NCBI GenBank assembly: GCA_963720465.1
Contig: OY970393.1
Span: forward strand, 1,440,001 to 1,504,000
Direction: 5' to 3'
DNA length: 64,000 nucleotides
Origin: Methanobacteriota archaeon
Lineage (GTDB): Archaea > Halobacteriota > Bog-38 > Methanoflorentales > Methanoflorentaceae
Positions 53,136 to 62,103 of this stretch are shown piece by piece. The first letter of the stretch is position 1. Every line of letters starts with the position of its first letter. Made by a program: the position numbers and the translations under genes. The notes under the pieces are model-generated. The model made no database searches and was not told the origin of the DNA. It saw only the letters and a program-made list of their open reading frames with translations.

Positions 53136-53462
53136 ATGGTCAGTAAGAAACTTTTTTCTGCTGTAGTGGCAACCGTAGTGATTCTTTCTATTGTCGGAGC
53201 GTCCAGCGTTGCTTTCGCGCAAACACAAACCACGACGGCGACGGCGAACGCGACTAAGCTGGCGAACGTGACTAAGCTGGCGAACGTGACTAAGCTGGCG
53301 AACGTGACTAAGCTGGCGAACGTGACTAAGCTGGCGAACGTGACTACGGCTGCGACAACATCAACGAGCAGCGGGTTCCTTGGATTGCCGGGATTTGAAG
53401 CGGTCTACGGGGTAGCAGGGCTGTTGGTTGTTGCGTATTTGGTGTTGCAGCGTAGGAAGTAA
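53136..53462 (+). CDS. PGF-CTERM protein made of (ANVTKL)n repeats
   Basis: MVSKKLFSAVVA leader, hexapeptide repeats, LPGF + TM + QRRK. Confidence 0.88.
   Translation: MVSKKLFSAVVATVVILSIVGASSVAFAQTQTTTATANATKLANVTKLANVTKLANVTKLANVTKLANVTTAATTSTSSGFLGLPGFEAVYGVAGLLVVAYLVLQRRK
53244..53345 (+). repeat. 18-bp tandem repeat, 5.7 units
   Basis: GCGAACG(T/C)GACTAAGCTG head-to-tail with no spacers. Confidence 0.97.
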
Positions 53463-53480
53463 GCTTTGGGCAGCACGCGC

Positions 53481-53527
53481 AGGTGAGTCTAGCACTCGGC
53501 TGGACTCGCGCCTTTCTTCTTTCTTTT
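53481..53527 (+). terminator. Conserved hairpin plus pyrimidine tract (copy 3)
   Basis: Same hairpin as copies 1, 2 and 4. Confidence 0.7.
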
Positions 53528-53562
53528 CTGATTCGATAGACGAGAGGAGCCGTGCACCACGA

Positions 53563-53661
53563 AAGCGGGAGGGTTCCTTGGCTTGCCGGGATTTGAGGCA
53601 ATTTACGGGGTAGCAGAGCTGTTGGTTGTTGCGTATTTGGTGTTGCAGCGTAGGAAGTTGA
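53563..53661 (+). pseudogene. Orphan PGF-CTERM segment without start or leader
   Basis: Encodes GFLGLPGFEAIYGVAELLVVAYLVLQRRK, with no upstream signal-peptide ORF. Confidence 0.8.
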
Positions 53662-53730
53662 TAAAGCAAAGTTTATTGCGTATGTGAAATCATGAATCCA
53701 CAAAAGCTAAGTCTATACTGGAGGTCAAAA

Positions 53731-54381
53731 ATGGTCAGTAAGAAGCTTTTTTCTGCTGTAGTGGCAAGCGTAGTGATCCTTTCTATTGTCGGAGCGTCCA
53801 GCGTTGCTTCCGCGCAAACGCAAACCACGACGGCGACAGCAAAACCTACGCAGACCATCGCCCAGATTGCAGCGAGTAATTCGAACTTCACAACGCTTGT
53901 AAGTCTGCTGAAGAAGGCAAACCTTACCAACGTGTTAAGCGGCCCGGGTAACTACACAGTCTTCGCACCCGACAACGCTGCTTTTGCCAAGGTTAATGCA
54001 TCCACTCTCGCGAATTTGCAAAAAAACAAAACGGCGCTAACAAACTTGTTGCTTTACCATGTCATTCCCGCGAAGCTGCTCGCGAACAACTTCACCGGTA
54101 CTGGCACGCTCACGACGCTCAACGGGTTGTCCCTGCCCTACTCTGTCAGTGGCACCACAATAACGGTTGGCAACGCGACGGTAACCAAAAAGGATATTAA
54201 CGCGACAAACGGCGTCATTGACGAGATCAACACCGTATTAATGCCGCCGTCAGGAACGGCGATTGCGACTGCGTCACCCACAGCAAGCGGAGGGTTCCTT
54301 GGCTTGCCGGGCTTTGAGGCGATCTACGGAGTAGCAGGGCTGTTGGTTGTTGCGTATTTGGTGTTGCAGCGTAGAAAGTAA
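53731..54381 (+). CDS. Fasciclin (FAS1) surface protein with PGF-CTERM anchor
   Basis: MVSKKLFSAVVA leader, YTVFAPDNAAF, LLYHVI, ATNGVIDEINTVL, PGF-CTERM. Confidence 0.92.
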   Translation: MVSKKLFSAVVASVVILSIVGASSVASAQTQTTTATAKPTQTIAQIAASNSNFTTLVSLLKKANLTNVLSGPGNYTVFAPDNAAFAKVNASTLANLQKNKTALTNLLLYHVIPAKLLANNFTGTGTLTTLNGLSLPYSVSGTTITVGNATVTKKDINATNGVIDEINTVLMPPSGTAIATASPTASGGFLGLPGFEAIYGVAGLLVVAYLVLQRRK

Positions 54382-54400
54382 GCTCCTTAGCTGCATACGC

Positions 54401-54443
54401 AGGTGAGTCTAGCACTCGGCTGGACTCGCGCCTTTATTTTTTT
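54401..54443 (+). terminator. Conserved hairpin plus T-tract (copy 4)
   Basis: Same hairpin, then TTTATTTTTTT. Confidence 0.7.
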
Positions 54444-54501
54444 ACTCTAAAGCTCTGCGAACACAGATTGTGTGCCACCAAAGCTATTCGCGCGGTGCTC
54501 G

Positions 54502-55449
54502 TCACTCTTGATCCTGGATCCATTTATAAAGGTGCTGTAAGCCCGCTTTCATATCGACTTTAGGCTCCCAGCCAAACGCGGCAAAAAGAGAGAAGTCAGC
54601 CTGCGTTGACTCAACGTCCCCTTCCCAAGACTTGCCGCCAGTGCGATAGATATCGGGACGCAGGCCCATCAACTTGCAAATAAGGTCGACAATCTCGTTG
54701 ACGGTGGTGGCGCTGCCGCTGCCTATGTTGTACGACTCGCCTGGCATCCCCCGATCATACGCAAGTACGAAGGCGTCTATCACGTCGTCTATATACACGT
54801 AATCTTTCTTCTGGAGTCCTGTACCGAGGATTTCAAGGATGCTATCATCCCTCTGCAGCTTCCTTATAACATCATACATGACGCCTTTTGCATTGCCTGG
54901 CCCATAGACATTATAAAGACGAAGAGAGATCGCTGGCAGTCCCAAAATGCCGTTAAATGCAGAACAATAGAGCTCGCCAGCAGCTTTGGAAGCGCCGTAG
55001 AAGGATACAGGACGTAGCGGGTGAGCTTCTGTGGTCGGGACGGAAGCGGTTCCATAGACTGTACTTGTCGACGCATAAATGAAACGAGCGTCCGAGGCGC
55101 AAGACAACACGTTGAACGTGCCTTGCGCGTTGACACGGAAGTCGTAAGCCGGATCTCGCGTCGAATCAGGCACCTTGGTTTGCGCTGCAAGATGAAAGAT
55201 GCCGTCAGGTTTAACGATACTTGCCTGGAGTCTCTCCAAATCGAGGATATCCCCTTCGATAAACTCAAAATTTGGGTGAGCGTACTGTGGTTGGACTAAG
55301 TCGTAGCCGGTAACGATATCTCCGTTGCTAAGAAGACGAGTAACGAGCTGGGTGCCGATAAACCCACTACAACCCGTCACAAAAAACTCTCGACTACGTT
55401 CGCCTGCTTCAGCCTCCGCATCAAGAATCAAAAGCTCTTCTAGGCTCAT
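54502..55449 (-). CDS. NAD-dependent epimerase/dehydratase (GalE-like)
   Basis: TGCSGFIG, HLAA, STSTVYG, YGASK, YNVYGP. Confidence 0.9.
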   Translation of the reverse strand: MSLEELLILDAEAEAGERSREFFVTGCSGFIGTQLVTRLLSNGDIVTGYDLVQPQYAHPNFEFIEGDILDLERLQASIVKPDGIFHLAAQTKVPDSTRDPAYDFRVNAQGTFNVLSCASDARFIYASTSTVYGTASVPTTEAHPLRPVSFYGASKAAGELYCSAFNGILGLPAISLRLYNVYGPGNAKGVMYDVIRKLQRDDSILEILGTGLQKKDYVYIDDVIDAFVLAYDRGMPGESYNIGSGSATTVNEIVDLICKLMGLRPDIYRTGGKSWEGDVESTQADFSLFAAFGWEPKVDMKAGLQHLYKWIQDQE

Positions 55450-55489
55450 ATCTCACCAGACCAGAGTACACGATTCACACGCTCTAGCA

Positions 55490-56812
55490 TCAGCAGCCTT
55501 TAGTCAGTTGCTTACCTGCTTCTAAGAGGTCTCTGGCTCTTCGCTCAGTTTCAGCTTCGACAAAAATTCGAATGATTGGCTCAGTCCCAGAGGGGCGTAT
55601 CAGCAACCAACCGTCGTCATACCAAATTTTTACGCCGTCGGTTGTGTCGATGTTTCCTTTGACAGATGAGCGAATTTGTTGCATTGTAGCATCCCGGTCG
55701 CGACAGGTGACTTTCGTCTTGTCCATATATCGTTTGGGAATTTCTTTGACGAGCTCAGAGATTTTCTTGCGACGCTCGGTCATTATTTCAAGTACCTTCG
55801 CTACCGTCATCGCCCCATCTCGGCAGTATTGATGTTCAGGGAATATGATGCCTCCGTTGCCTTCCCCCCCTATCACAGCATGCACTTGCATCATCATCCT
55901 CGCGACGTAGATGCTCCCCACAGGAGTCCATATGACGTGGCCGCCTGCTGCTTCAGCCACGTCGACTATCCGCTGCGATGAGCTGACAGGTGTGACGACG
56001 GGGCCTACTCTTTTGGAGAGAACGTGCTTGACGATAATTGCAAGTAGTACGTCTTCATTGACGAAATTCCCTTTCTCATCAATAAAGACCGCCCTATCGG
56101 CATCTCCGTCATGTGCAACGCCCAAATCGGCGCCGTTCGAGATGACGATCTTTCCGAGATCGGCGAGGACGTCCTCTGTCGGTTCTGGATTTCTACTCGG
56201 GAAAGTGCCATCGATCTGCGCATTAATCGTCGTGACTTTGCAATTGAGCTTGCTCAACAAGAAGGGCGTAACAATGCTGCCCGCCCCAGAGCCTGTGTCG
56301 ACGGCCACAACGAACCCGCGCTTTTTAATGTCCGAGGTGTTCACCTTTCCCATAATACTCGCCATGTAAGCGGGTATCACGTTGGTGTCCGAAAGTTCCC
56401 CGGTCTCGCGCCAGTCAGCAAGCTTGAGACTACCTTTGAAATACACGTCTTCGACAGCGAGTTCTCCTTCGCTTCCGAATTCCGTTCCATCTCCTGCGAT
56501 CAGTTTTAGCCCATTGTATTCGCGCGGATTGTGCGATGCGGTGATTACGATTCCTGCGTCGGCGTTGTCACGCACGAAGTACTGCACCGCAGGAGTCGGC
56601 GCTATGCCGAGATTAATAACCTTGCAACCGGTTGCGAGCAGTCCGGCGATGGCCGCGTGACTAAACATATTACCGGACACGCGCGTATCCTGTCCGACCG
56701 CCACAGTCCCCCTTGTCAGTGTTCCCAAGCTCATCGCCAGCCGCAGGGCGAGCTCTGGGGTAAGATCCTGATTTACGATCCCCCGCACACCGTTCGTTCC
56801 GAAAAGCCTCAT
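55490..56812 (-). CDS. glmM: Phosphoglucosamine mutase / phosphohexomutase
   Basis: LFGTNGVRG, TASHNP, DGDADR, GGEGNGG, RPSGTEP. Confidence 0.9.
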   Translation of the reverse strand: MRLFGTNGVRGIVNQDLTPELALRLAMSLGTLTRGTVAVGQDTRVSGNMFSHAAIAGLLATGCKVINLGIAPTPAVQYFVRDNADAGIVITASHNPREYNGLKLIAGDGTEFGSEGELAVEDVYFKGSLKLADWRETGELSDTNVIPAYMASIMGKVNTSDIKKRGFVVAVDTGSGAGSIVTPFLLSKLNCKVTTINAQIDGTFPSRNPEPTEDVLADLGKIVISNGADLGVAHDGDADRAVFIDEKGNFVNEDVLLAIIVKHVLSKRVGPVVTPVSSSQRIVDVAEAAGGHVIWTPVGSIYVARMMMQVHAVIGGEGNGGIIFPEHQYCRDGAMTVAKVLEIMTERRKKISELVKEIPKRYMDKTKVTCRDRDATMQQIRSSVKGNIDTTDGVKIWYDDGWLLIRPSGTEPIIRIFVEAETERRARDLLEAGKQLTKGC

Positions 56813-56858
56813 GATAACACCCCTCGTCCACGTCTGGCAGAAAGAATAAGTGCCGCTG

Positions 56859-57629
56859 TTATATTCCTACCCATTTGTCACCCCGTTCAGTAAGTTCCTT
56901 TTTCCAAATGGGAACTTCTTTCTTGATTCGTTCTATTGCATCCCTTAGTGCCTTAAAGCCCTCTTGTCGATGTGCCGCCGCAACGACGATGTACACGATG
57001 TCTTCGCCTTTATTGACACGGCCTGATTTGTGGTATATCTTTACATCGACTATGCCCTCTATTGCCGTCAAATCGTGCGCGATTGAAGAAATTCGCTGCT
57101 GGGCTTCTCCTTCGTAGATGTCAAATTCTAGGGCTAAAGCCTCTCCGCGGACAACTCCGGTGAACGTGAGTATCGCTCCTGCTTTGTGAATATCGGGGTG
57201 TGCGCGCACGGCTCTTACGAGTGCACCGAGCGTTACCCATTCTGGTGCAGTCGCAAGCGACTCGAAATGTTGTTCGAAGTTCAAAGAAGGCTCTAATCGC
57301 GCCTCGTAAACCTCGTGAAAGGATGCGATTCTTGATGCAAGCGCGCTGCCCACAACAACAGCAAAATCAAGGTCTTCCCGTTCCGCCAACTGATCGAGCT
57401 CTCGCGCGATCTCATTTGCATCATCAGCGCGCTGCGTCAGAACGTATCTGGAGGGTGACTGTATAGAAAGCAGGTCGTCTGCGACTTTTCTCGTGAATGA
57501 CGCCGGTTTATCGTTGCGTTCCTCGCGGAGCGTCGCCACCTTACAGCGGTGAGCAAGCTCGGTAAGGAAGCGTTCACGCTGTTTTGCGTCACCTGTGAGT
57601 GCAACAACCCTCACATCCTCATAGAACAC
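56859..57629 (-). CDS. moaE: Molybdopterin synthase catalytic subunit with degenerate MobB-like N-terminus
   Basis: GAILTFTGVVR, AHRQEGF, KKEVPIWKKE. The N-terminal domain lacks a P-loop. Confidence 0.85.
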   Translation of the reverse strand: MFYEDVRVVALTGDAKQRERFLTELAHRCKVATLREERNDKPASFTRKVADDLLSIQSPSRYVLTQRADDANEIARELDQLAEREDLDFAVVVGSALASRIASFHEVYEARLEPSLNFEQHFESLATAPEWVTLGALVRAVRAHPDIHKAGAILTFTGVVRGEALALEFDIYEGEAQQRISSIAHDLTAIEGIVDVKIYHKSGRVNKGEDIVYIVVAAAHRQEGFKALRDAIERIKKEVPIWKKELTERGDKWVGI

Positions 57630-57863
57630 AATAAGCGCATAAATACGTATTGATGACAGCCAACCGAGCTGAGCTCATCAATGCTATCAGAGAGCACGCG
57701 GGCGCCCTCGTTACGATGTCCGAAGAACTCAGAATAGGCGGGCCGACCCTAGGTAGATCGATACGCTCGTGGGAAGAATAGCGCAGACGCGGTCCCGCCA
57801 TCTGCGAACGCAGACGTGCATAGGGTGGTTTGACGTGACTTGTGCCGGAGTACACTCAGCGCC

Positions 57864-58025
57864 TCAGTGCTCTGCGAACTTAATTCGTCCTGCGCAGTGA
57901 CAGCAGATCCAGAGAACGCTTTCTCCTTTTTTTTCGCGTCGTAGGATTTTGATTCGACCTATCTCTGACTTTTCGAAGCTGCGCTGACAAAGTTTGCAAA
58001 CCGTAGTCGTGTTCTGCCGCCTCAT
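57864..58025 (-). CDS. Small zinc-finger-like protein
   Basis: CKLC...WICCHC pairs in 53 aa. Confidence 0.55.
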   Translation of the reverse strand: MRRQNTTTVCKLCQRSFEKSEIGRIKILRREKKGESVLWICCHCAGRIKFAEH

Positions 58026-58255
58026 GCCCTGCTCCCGCAACAATCGACTGCCGTACGGAGTGCAGTCAAAACTTAGGTAGTAGTAAAAGGACAACGTACT
58101 AAATAATATTTGCTTGGCGGTTTACCACACGTCAACTGCCCGCAATCTGCACCCGCCGGCAGCGCTTTGGCGAGTCGATGTCGAATTTGAGATTCACATT
58201 ACGCGAGGTGCAAAACACCAGTAGTTTTTCATATTTTCAGCTTACGTACATAGTG

Positions 58256-59311
58256 ATGATCAAGATTGACGGCAGCATAGGCGAGGGGGGAGGGCAAGTG
58301 CTGCGCGTTTGCTTAGCGCTTTCAGCCTTAACCGGAGAGTCCGTCGCAATCAAAAACGTGAGGGTTAACCGGGCAAATCCTGGACTACGAAGTCAACATT
58401 TGACTGCGATGCGAGCCTTAGCGGAGGTCGCCAATGCGAAGGTGAGCGGGCTCGGGCTTGGCTCGTCTGAAATAACTTTCGTTCCAGGGCGGAGAGGCGG
58501 CGGGATTTATAGCTTTGATGCGAAAACGGCAGGCAGTACGACACTCATACTGCAAGCCCTTCTCCCCGTGCTTGCGTTCGCCGATCAACCTTCATCTGTT
58601 ACCCTTATCGGTGGCACAAACAATCCTTTGGCACCACAAGTCGACTACGTGATCAATGTTTTAAATCCTGTAATAGCTAGCATGGGATTTTTCTACCAAT
58701 TGCGCGTCGCGAGGAGGGGATTCTATCCTCGCGGAGGGGGGGTCCTAAAGGTCGCAATCACGCCTGTAGAAAGACTAACTGCCATTAATGTCGTCAGCAT
58801 GGGATCTCTACGAGGTATCAGGGGGATATCACACTCGCGCAATCTCCCAGCTCACGTCGCAGAACGCCAAGCCGAAGCAGCGACACAAAGCTGCACGGGC
58901 GCCGGCTATCCAAATGTAAGCATCGAACGAGATTCCGACCAGAGAGAACAAAGCCCGTCTACTGGAAGCGGCATAGTGCTCTGGGCAGTGACGTCAACTG
59001 GAGGCCGATTAGCAGGGGATGCTTTAGGCGCGCGAGGAAAGCCTGCTGAGGTCGTTGGACGAGAGGGGGCAGCGAAGCTTCTAATGCAATTGTCGAAAGG
59101 GGCACCGTTCGACGTGCATCTGGGCGACCAGCTGGTTATTTGGCTGGCGCTAGCGGAGGGACGTTCTAGAATTGCAACAAGTGAGCTGACGCTTCACACC
59201 GTCACTGCCGTGGAGGTTACTGAGATGGTGACCGGCTGTCAGTTTAAGGTCAGTGGCGAGGTCGGAAGTCCGGGAGTAATCGACTGTACGGGTTGCATCA
59301 CGCCGCGGTAG
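58256..59311 (+). CDS. rtcA: RNA 3'-terminal phosphate cyclase
   Basis: IDGSIGEGGGQ, PGLRSQH, GGT, RRGFYPRGGG, H(L)GDQL. Confidence 0.93.
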   Translation: MIKIDGSIGEGGGQVLRVCLALSALTGESVAIKNVRVNRANPGLRSQHLTAMRALAEVANAKVSGLGLGSSEITFVPGRRGGGIYSFDAKTAGSTTLILQALLPVLAFADQPSSVTLIGGTNNPLAPQVDYVINVLNPVIASMGFFYQLRVARRGFYPRGGGVLKVAITPVERLTAINVVSMGSLRGIRGISHSRNLPAHVAERQAEAATQSCTGAGYPNVSIERDSDQREQSPSTGSGIVLWAVTSTGGRLAGDALGARGKPAEVVGREGAAKLLMQLSKGAPFDVHLGDQLVIWLALAEGRSRIATSELTLHTVTAVEVTEMVTGCQFKVSGEVGSPGVIDCTGCITPR

Positions 59312-59366
59312 CAGACAAGACCTCTGTTAAGCGGGAAGCTCACAGAGGGCTGTTGCTGATCTCGTG

Positions 59367-60155
59367 TCACTCAAGCTTGCGAAGTATAGTATTTTGAGTA
59401 ATCATGCCGACCATAGCATCCGTTTGATCAAAGACAGCGACACCCTCCACGTCGTGTTTCAGCATCAGATCCACCGCTTCAACGCACGGGGTACTAGTTC
59501 TCACAAACACGATGTCAGTGATCATAATATCATCGACAACGAGTTTCCTTACCCGTGAATCTTGATAGTGAGGCTTCACTACATCCCTAAATTGGCTCAT
59601 CGCCTTCGCGATGTCATTCTCTGTTATAACGCCGACGACCTTACTGTTTTCCACGACCATCATCCACCACGCATCTTCGTCAATCATTCTTCGTCTTACG
59701 TGGGTTACTCGGTCAAAAGATGAACACGTTACGGGCGGATCCATGATTTCGCCTGCAGATCCGACCGGGCTGCTTGCTTTAACGATCTCGTTAAACGTTA
59801 TCCACCCTGTAGATTGCTCACAGACGACGACCAATACCTCGGAAGATTTCATCAAATGGTTGATCTCGCCTATCGTCATTGCGCCGCTTACGGTGGTGAA
59901 CGTTTCATCTACTGCCTTGGTCACGTGAAGTGATGAAGCAGGCTTAATGACGTCGCCACTTGCGCCCAGTGTGCGTGCTATCCCTTTTTTCGTTAAAACG
60001 CCAACGATCTCCCCTTCGTTCGTGACGAGCAGTTGATTGACGTTGTGTTTTTCCATAAGATCGAGGGCGTGGGATATTCGATCAGTTTTATCGATGACGT
60101 GTGCGCGCGCCGCTAGATCTGATGCAGTGCTTGAGGTGTAGTTGTCGAATCGCAT
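59367..60155 (-). CDS. CBS-domain protein
   Basis: Four CBS-like units (VGVLT, VGVITENDI, VGMIT). Confidence 0.85.
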   Translation of the reverse strand: MRFDNYTSSTASDLAARAHVIDKTDRISHALDLMEKHNVNQLLVTNEGEIVGVLTKKGIARTLGASGDVIKPASSLHVTKAVDETFTTVSGAMTIGEINHLMKSSEVLVVVCEQSTGWITFNEIVKASSPVGSAGEIMDPPVTCSSFDRVTHVRRRMIDEDAWWMMVVENSKVVGVITENDIAKAMSQFRDVVKPHYQDSRVRKLVVDDIMITDIVFVRTSTPCVEAVDLMLKHDVEGVAVFDQTDAMVGMITQNTILRKLE

Positions 60156-60174
60156 TAGTTACTCCCGTCGTTGA

Positions 60175-61029
60175 TCAAGCCAAAGAGGCAGCGCCTAATC
60201 CTACCATCCTCTTGACGATGTCGGTTTTGGATATAATGCCCACGATCGACTCCTCTCTGATGACAGGAATGGCATCTACTCGTTTCGCAACCATCAATCG
60301 CGCGGCGGCCACTGCTCTTGAATCACTGCCGATGGTTATGAGCGGCTCTGACATGATGTCTTCTGCAACTTGCAGCACTTTTCGCACGTATCGATTTTTT
60401 TGCACGCCTGCGTGTTCCGCCTTTCTCACCATCACGACGTCTTTTGAACTCACAAACGGCTCTTTGGCAAAAGTCAGATTAGTGTGTGTAATTATTCCAA
60501 CAGGAACGCCGTTCCCTTCCTGAACGATCGTCCGAAAAACGTGGTTGGTTTCCATGTCGCGCAACACGTGGTTGATAGAATGGTGGCGATGGCACGTGAG
60601 AAAGGAACCAGTCATTATAGTCTTGACCTGCACTTTCGAGTCTGTAGTTGCAAAATAGGTTACTAAATCAGTCTCAGTGAAGATGCCAATTAGTTCGCCG
60701 TCTTTTACTACCGGCAGGCAACCGACCCCGTTTGTTATCATCTCTTGGCCAGCATTCACGAGTGACGTCTCAGGTGAAGCAGTGAGCGGATTCTCAGACA
60801 TGATGGTCTTGGCTAGAGTGCGATCTTGATGTCTCCTTCGCCAACCCGCCTCTGACGATTCTAGCATCTTCGCGAGGTCGTATTTGGCGATAACGCCAAC
60901 AAGAGTCCCTTCATGCGCAACTACTACCCTACCTACTTTGTGTTTAAGCATCACGTTTTTCACGTGTCCGACAGTATCATCAGGTAAAACTGTGTACACA
61001 GGCGCACTCATTAAATCGTCGACTTGCAT
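60175..61029 (-). CDS. CBS-domain protein
   Basis: DLMSAPV, GCLPVV...LIGIFTETDL, AIPV....VGIISKTDI. Confidence 0.88.
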   Translation of the reverse strand: MQVDDLMSAPVYTVLPDDTVGHVKNVMLKHKVGRVVVAHEGTLVGVIAKYDLAKMLESSEAGWRRRHQDRTLAKTIMSENPLTASPETSLVNAGQEMITNGVGCLPVVKDGELIGIFTETDLVTYFATTDSKVQVKTIMTGSFLTCHRHHSINHVLRDMETNHVFRTIVQEGNGVPVGIITHTNLTFAKEPFVSSKDVVMVRKAEHAGVQKNRYVRKVLQVAEDIMSEPLITIGSDSRAVAAARLMVAKRVDAIPVIREESIVGIISKTDIVKRMVGLGAASLA

Positions 61030-61228
61030 TTCATCCCCCTACCGTTGGCTTTTTTTTGCAGCCTCTATTCACAAAGTCAGAAATACATTAAAGCTCTATT
61101 TGCAATCTTATTGGCGAACGACACGTGCCAATGCTGCTCAACTGTCTGTTAACTGAAGTAATACGACAGTGTTTCATCTATGCGCACGCCTACCACCGTT
61201 ACGTAACCCCGGGCTCGGCGCAAACGAT

Positions 61229-61451
61229 TATGTTCGACAATGCGCCGCATAGGTGCTGTCCTCCAGCTGCTGTACTACAAGCGTATGCGCTGTGCGGTTG
61301 CTGGTAGCTGAGGGGGTTCTGGTCGGTGATAATGAGGGGACACTGGTAGATTGTAGATTGCATATTGCGGTTTGAGGTTTACCGTGCATCTGGCAGCCGC
61401 CACCAAAAAAAGCAGAACCACATGAGATAGCGAAGATAGTGCTTTTTTCAT
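61229..61451 (-). pseudogene. Possible decayed lipoprotein gene
   Basis: MKKALSSLSHVVLLFLVAAARCT (lipobox-like). A Ser/Thr/Pro linker QSTSVPSLSPTRTPSATS lies in another frame next to a CAATCTA duplication. Confidence 0.35.
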
Positions 61452-61792
61452 CTACTCACATCCTGTCGACAGGTAATGTGTAACCTTGCGTCAGATAAGA
61501 ACTTCCGACCCATCTGAAGCTTTTCACATGATGCTTGATATGAGCCTTTTAAGCACTGTAGTGCGGCTAGACTTACGGAGAGGATTTACAACCGCTTTTT
61601 AGTCCGATTACGTACCGCGATGCCTTATGGAGTAGTTCACTTGCCTCTTTTTATCTCAGTTTGAGCGCAGCGTTCGGTAACACTGCACGTCTGCGATCTG
61701 AATCAATCACGACAAAAGCCATGAACAAAGCAACAGTTTTCAGTACAATCAACGACACTCGTCTCAAACCGGTGCTGCCGCGTTTCTTGTGG

Positions 61793-62053
61793 TCACTGCG
61801 GCTGTTTGATTAACTTTCTATCGACGACGATGTAATCCTTTATCGCCCTGACGGCATCAAATGGCAGAAATATAAAATCATTTTCTGTCCTAAACTCCTG
61901 TAGATTCAGGTCAGGATCGGGCTTCACTTTGAGATCAAGGATATCGCCTGTGTTCCCATCGATAATGAGGTCATAGAGGGTGCCAAGGTCTGTACCATCG
62001 CTCCCCATTACTTGCTTATTAGACAGATTCTTAGCGAATATCTCCTTTTTCAT
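61793..62053 (-). CDS. PRC-barrel domain protein
   Basis: LSNKQVMGSDG..LG.L.D..ID..TG.I, PFDAVRAIKDYIVV. Confidence 0.88.
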   Translation of the reverse strand: MKKEIFAKNLSNKQVMGSDGTDLGTLYDLIIDGNTGDILDLKVKPDPDLNLQEFRTENDFIFLPFDAVRAIKDYIVVDRKLIKQPQ

Positions 62054-62103
62054 CTTTTCTTGCTACGTAGTTATCATACAAAAGGGTTTCTTATTCTGGG
62101 CGC

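Noticed and set aside
53244-53345. CRISPR array
   Set aside because: The 18-bp units are contiguous with no spacers, lie in frame within a CDS, and no cas genes are present.
53563-54381. DGR template/variable repeat pair (orphan anchor versus coding copy)
   Set aside because: Mismatches include T>C, G>A and an indel, so they are not adenine-specific. No reverse transcriptase is in the window.
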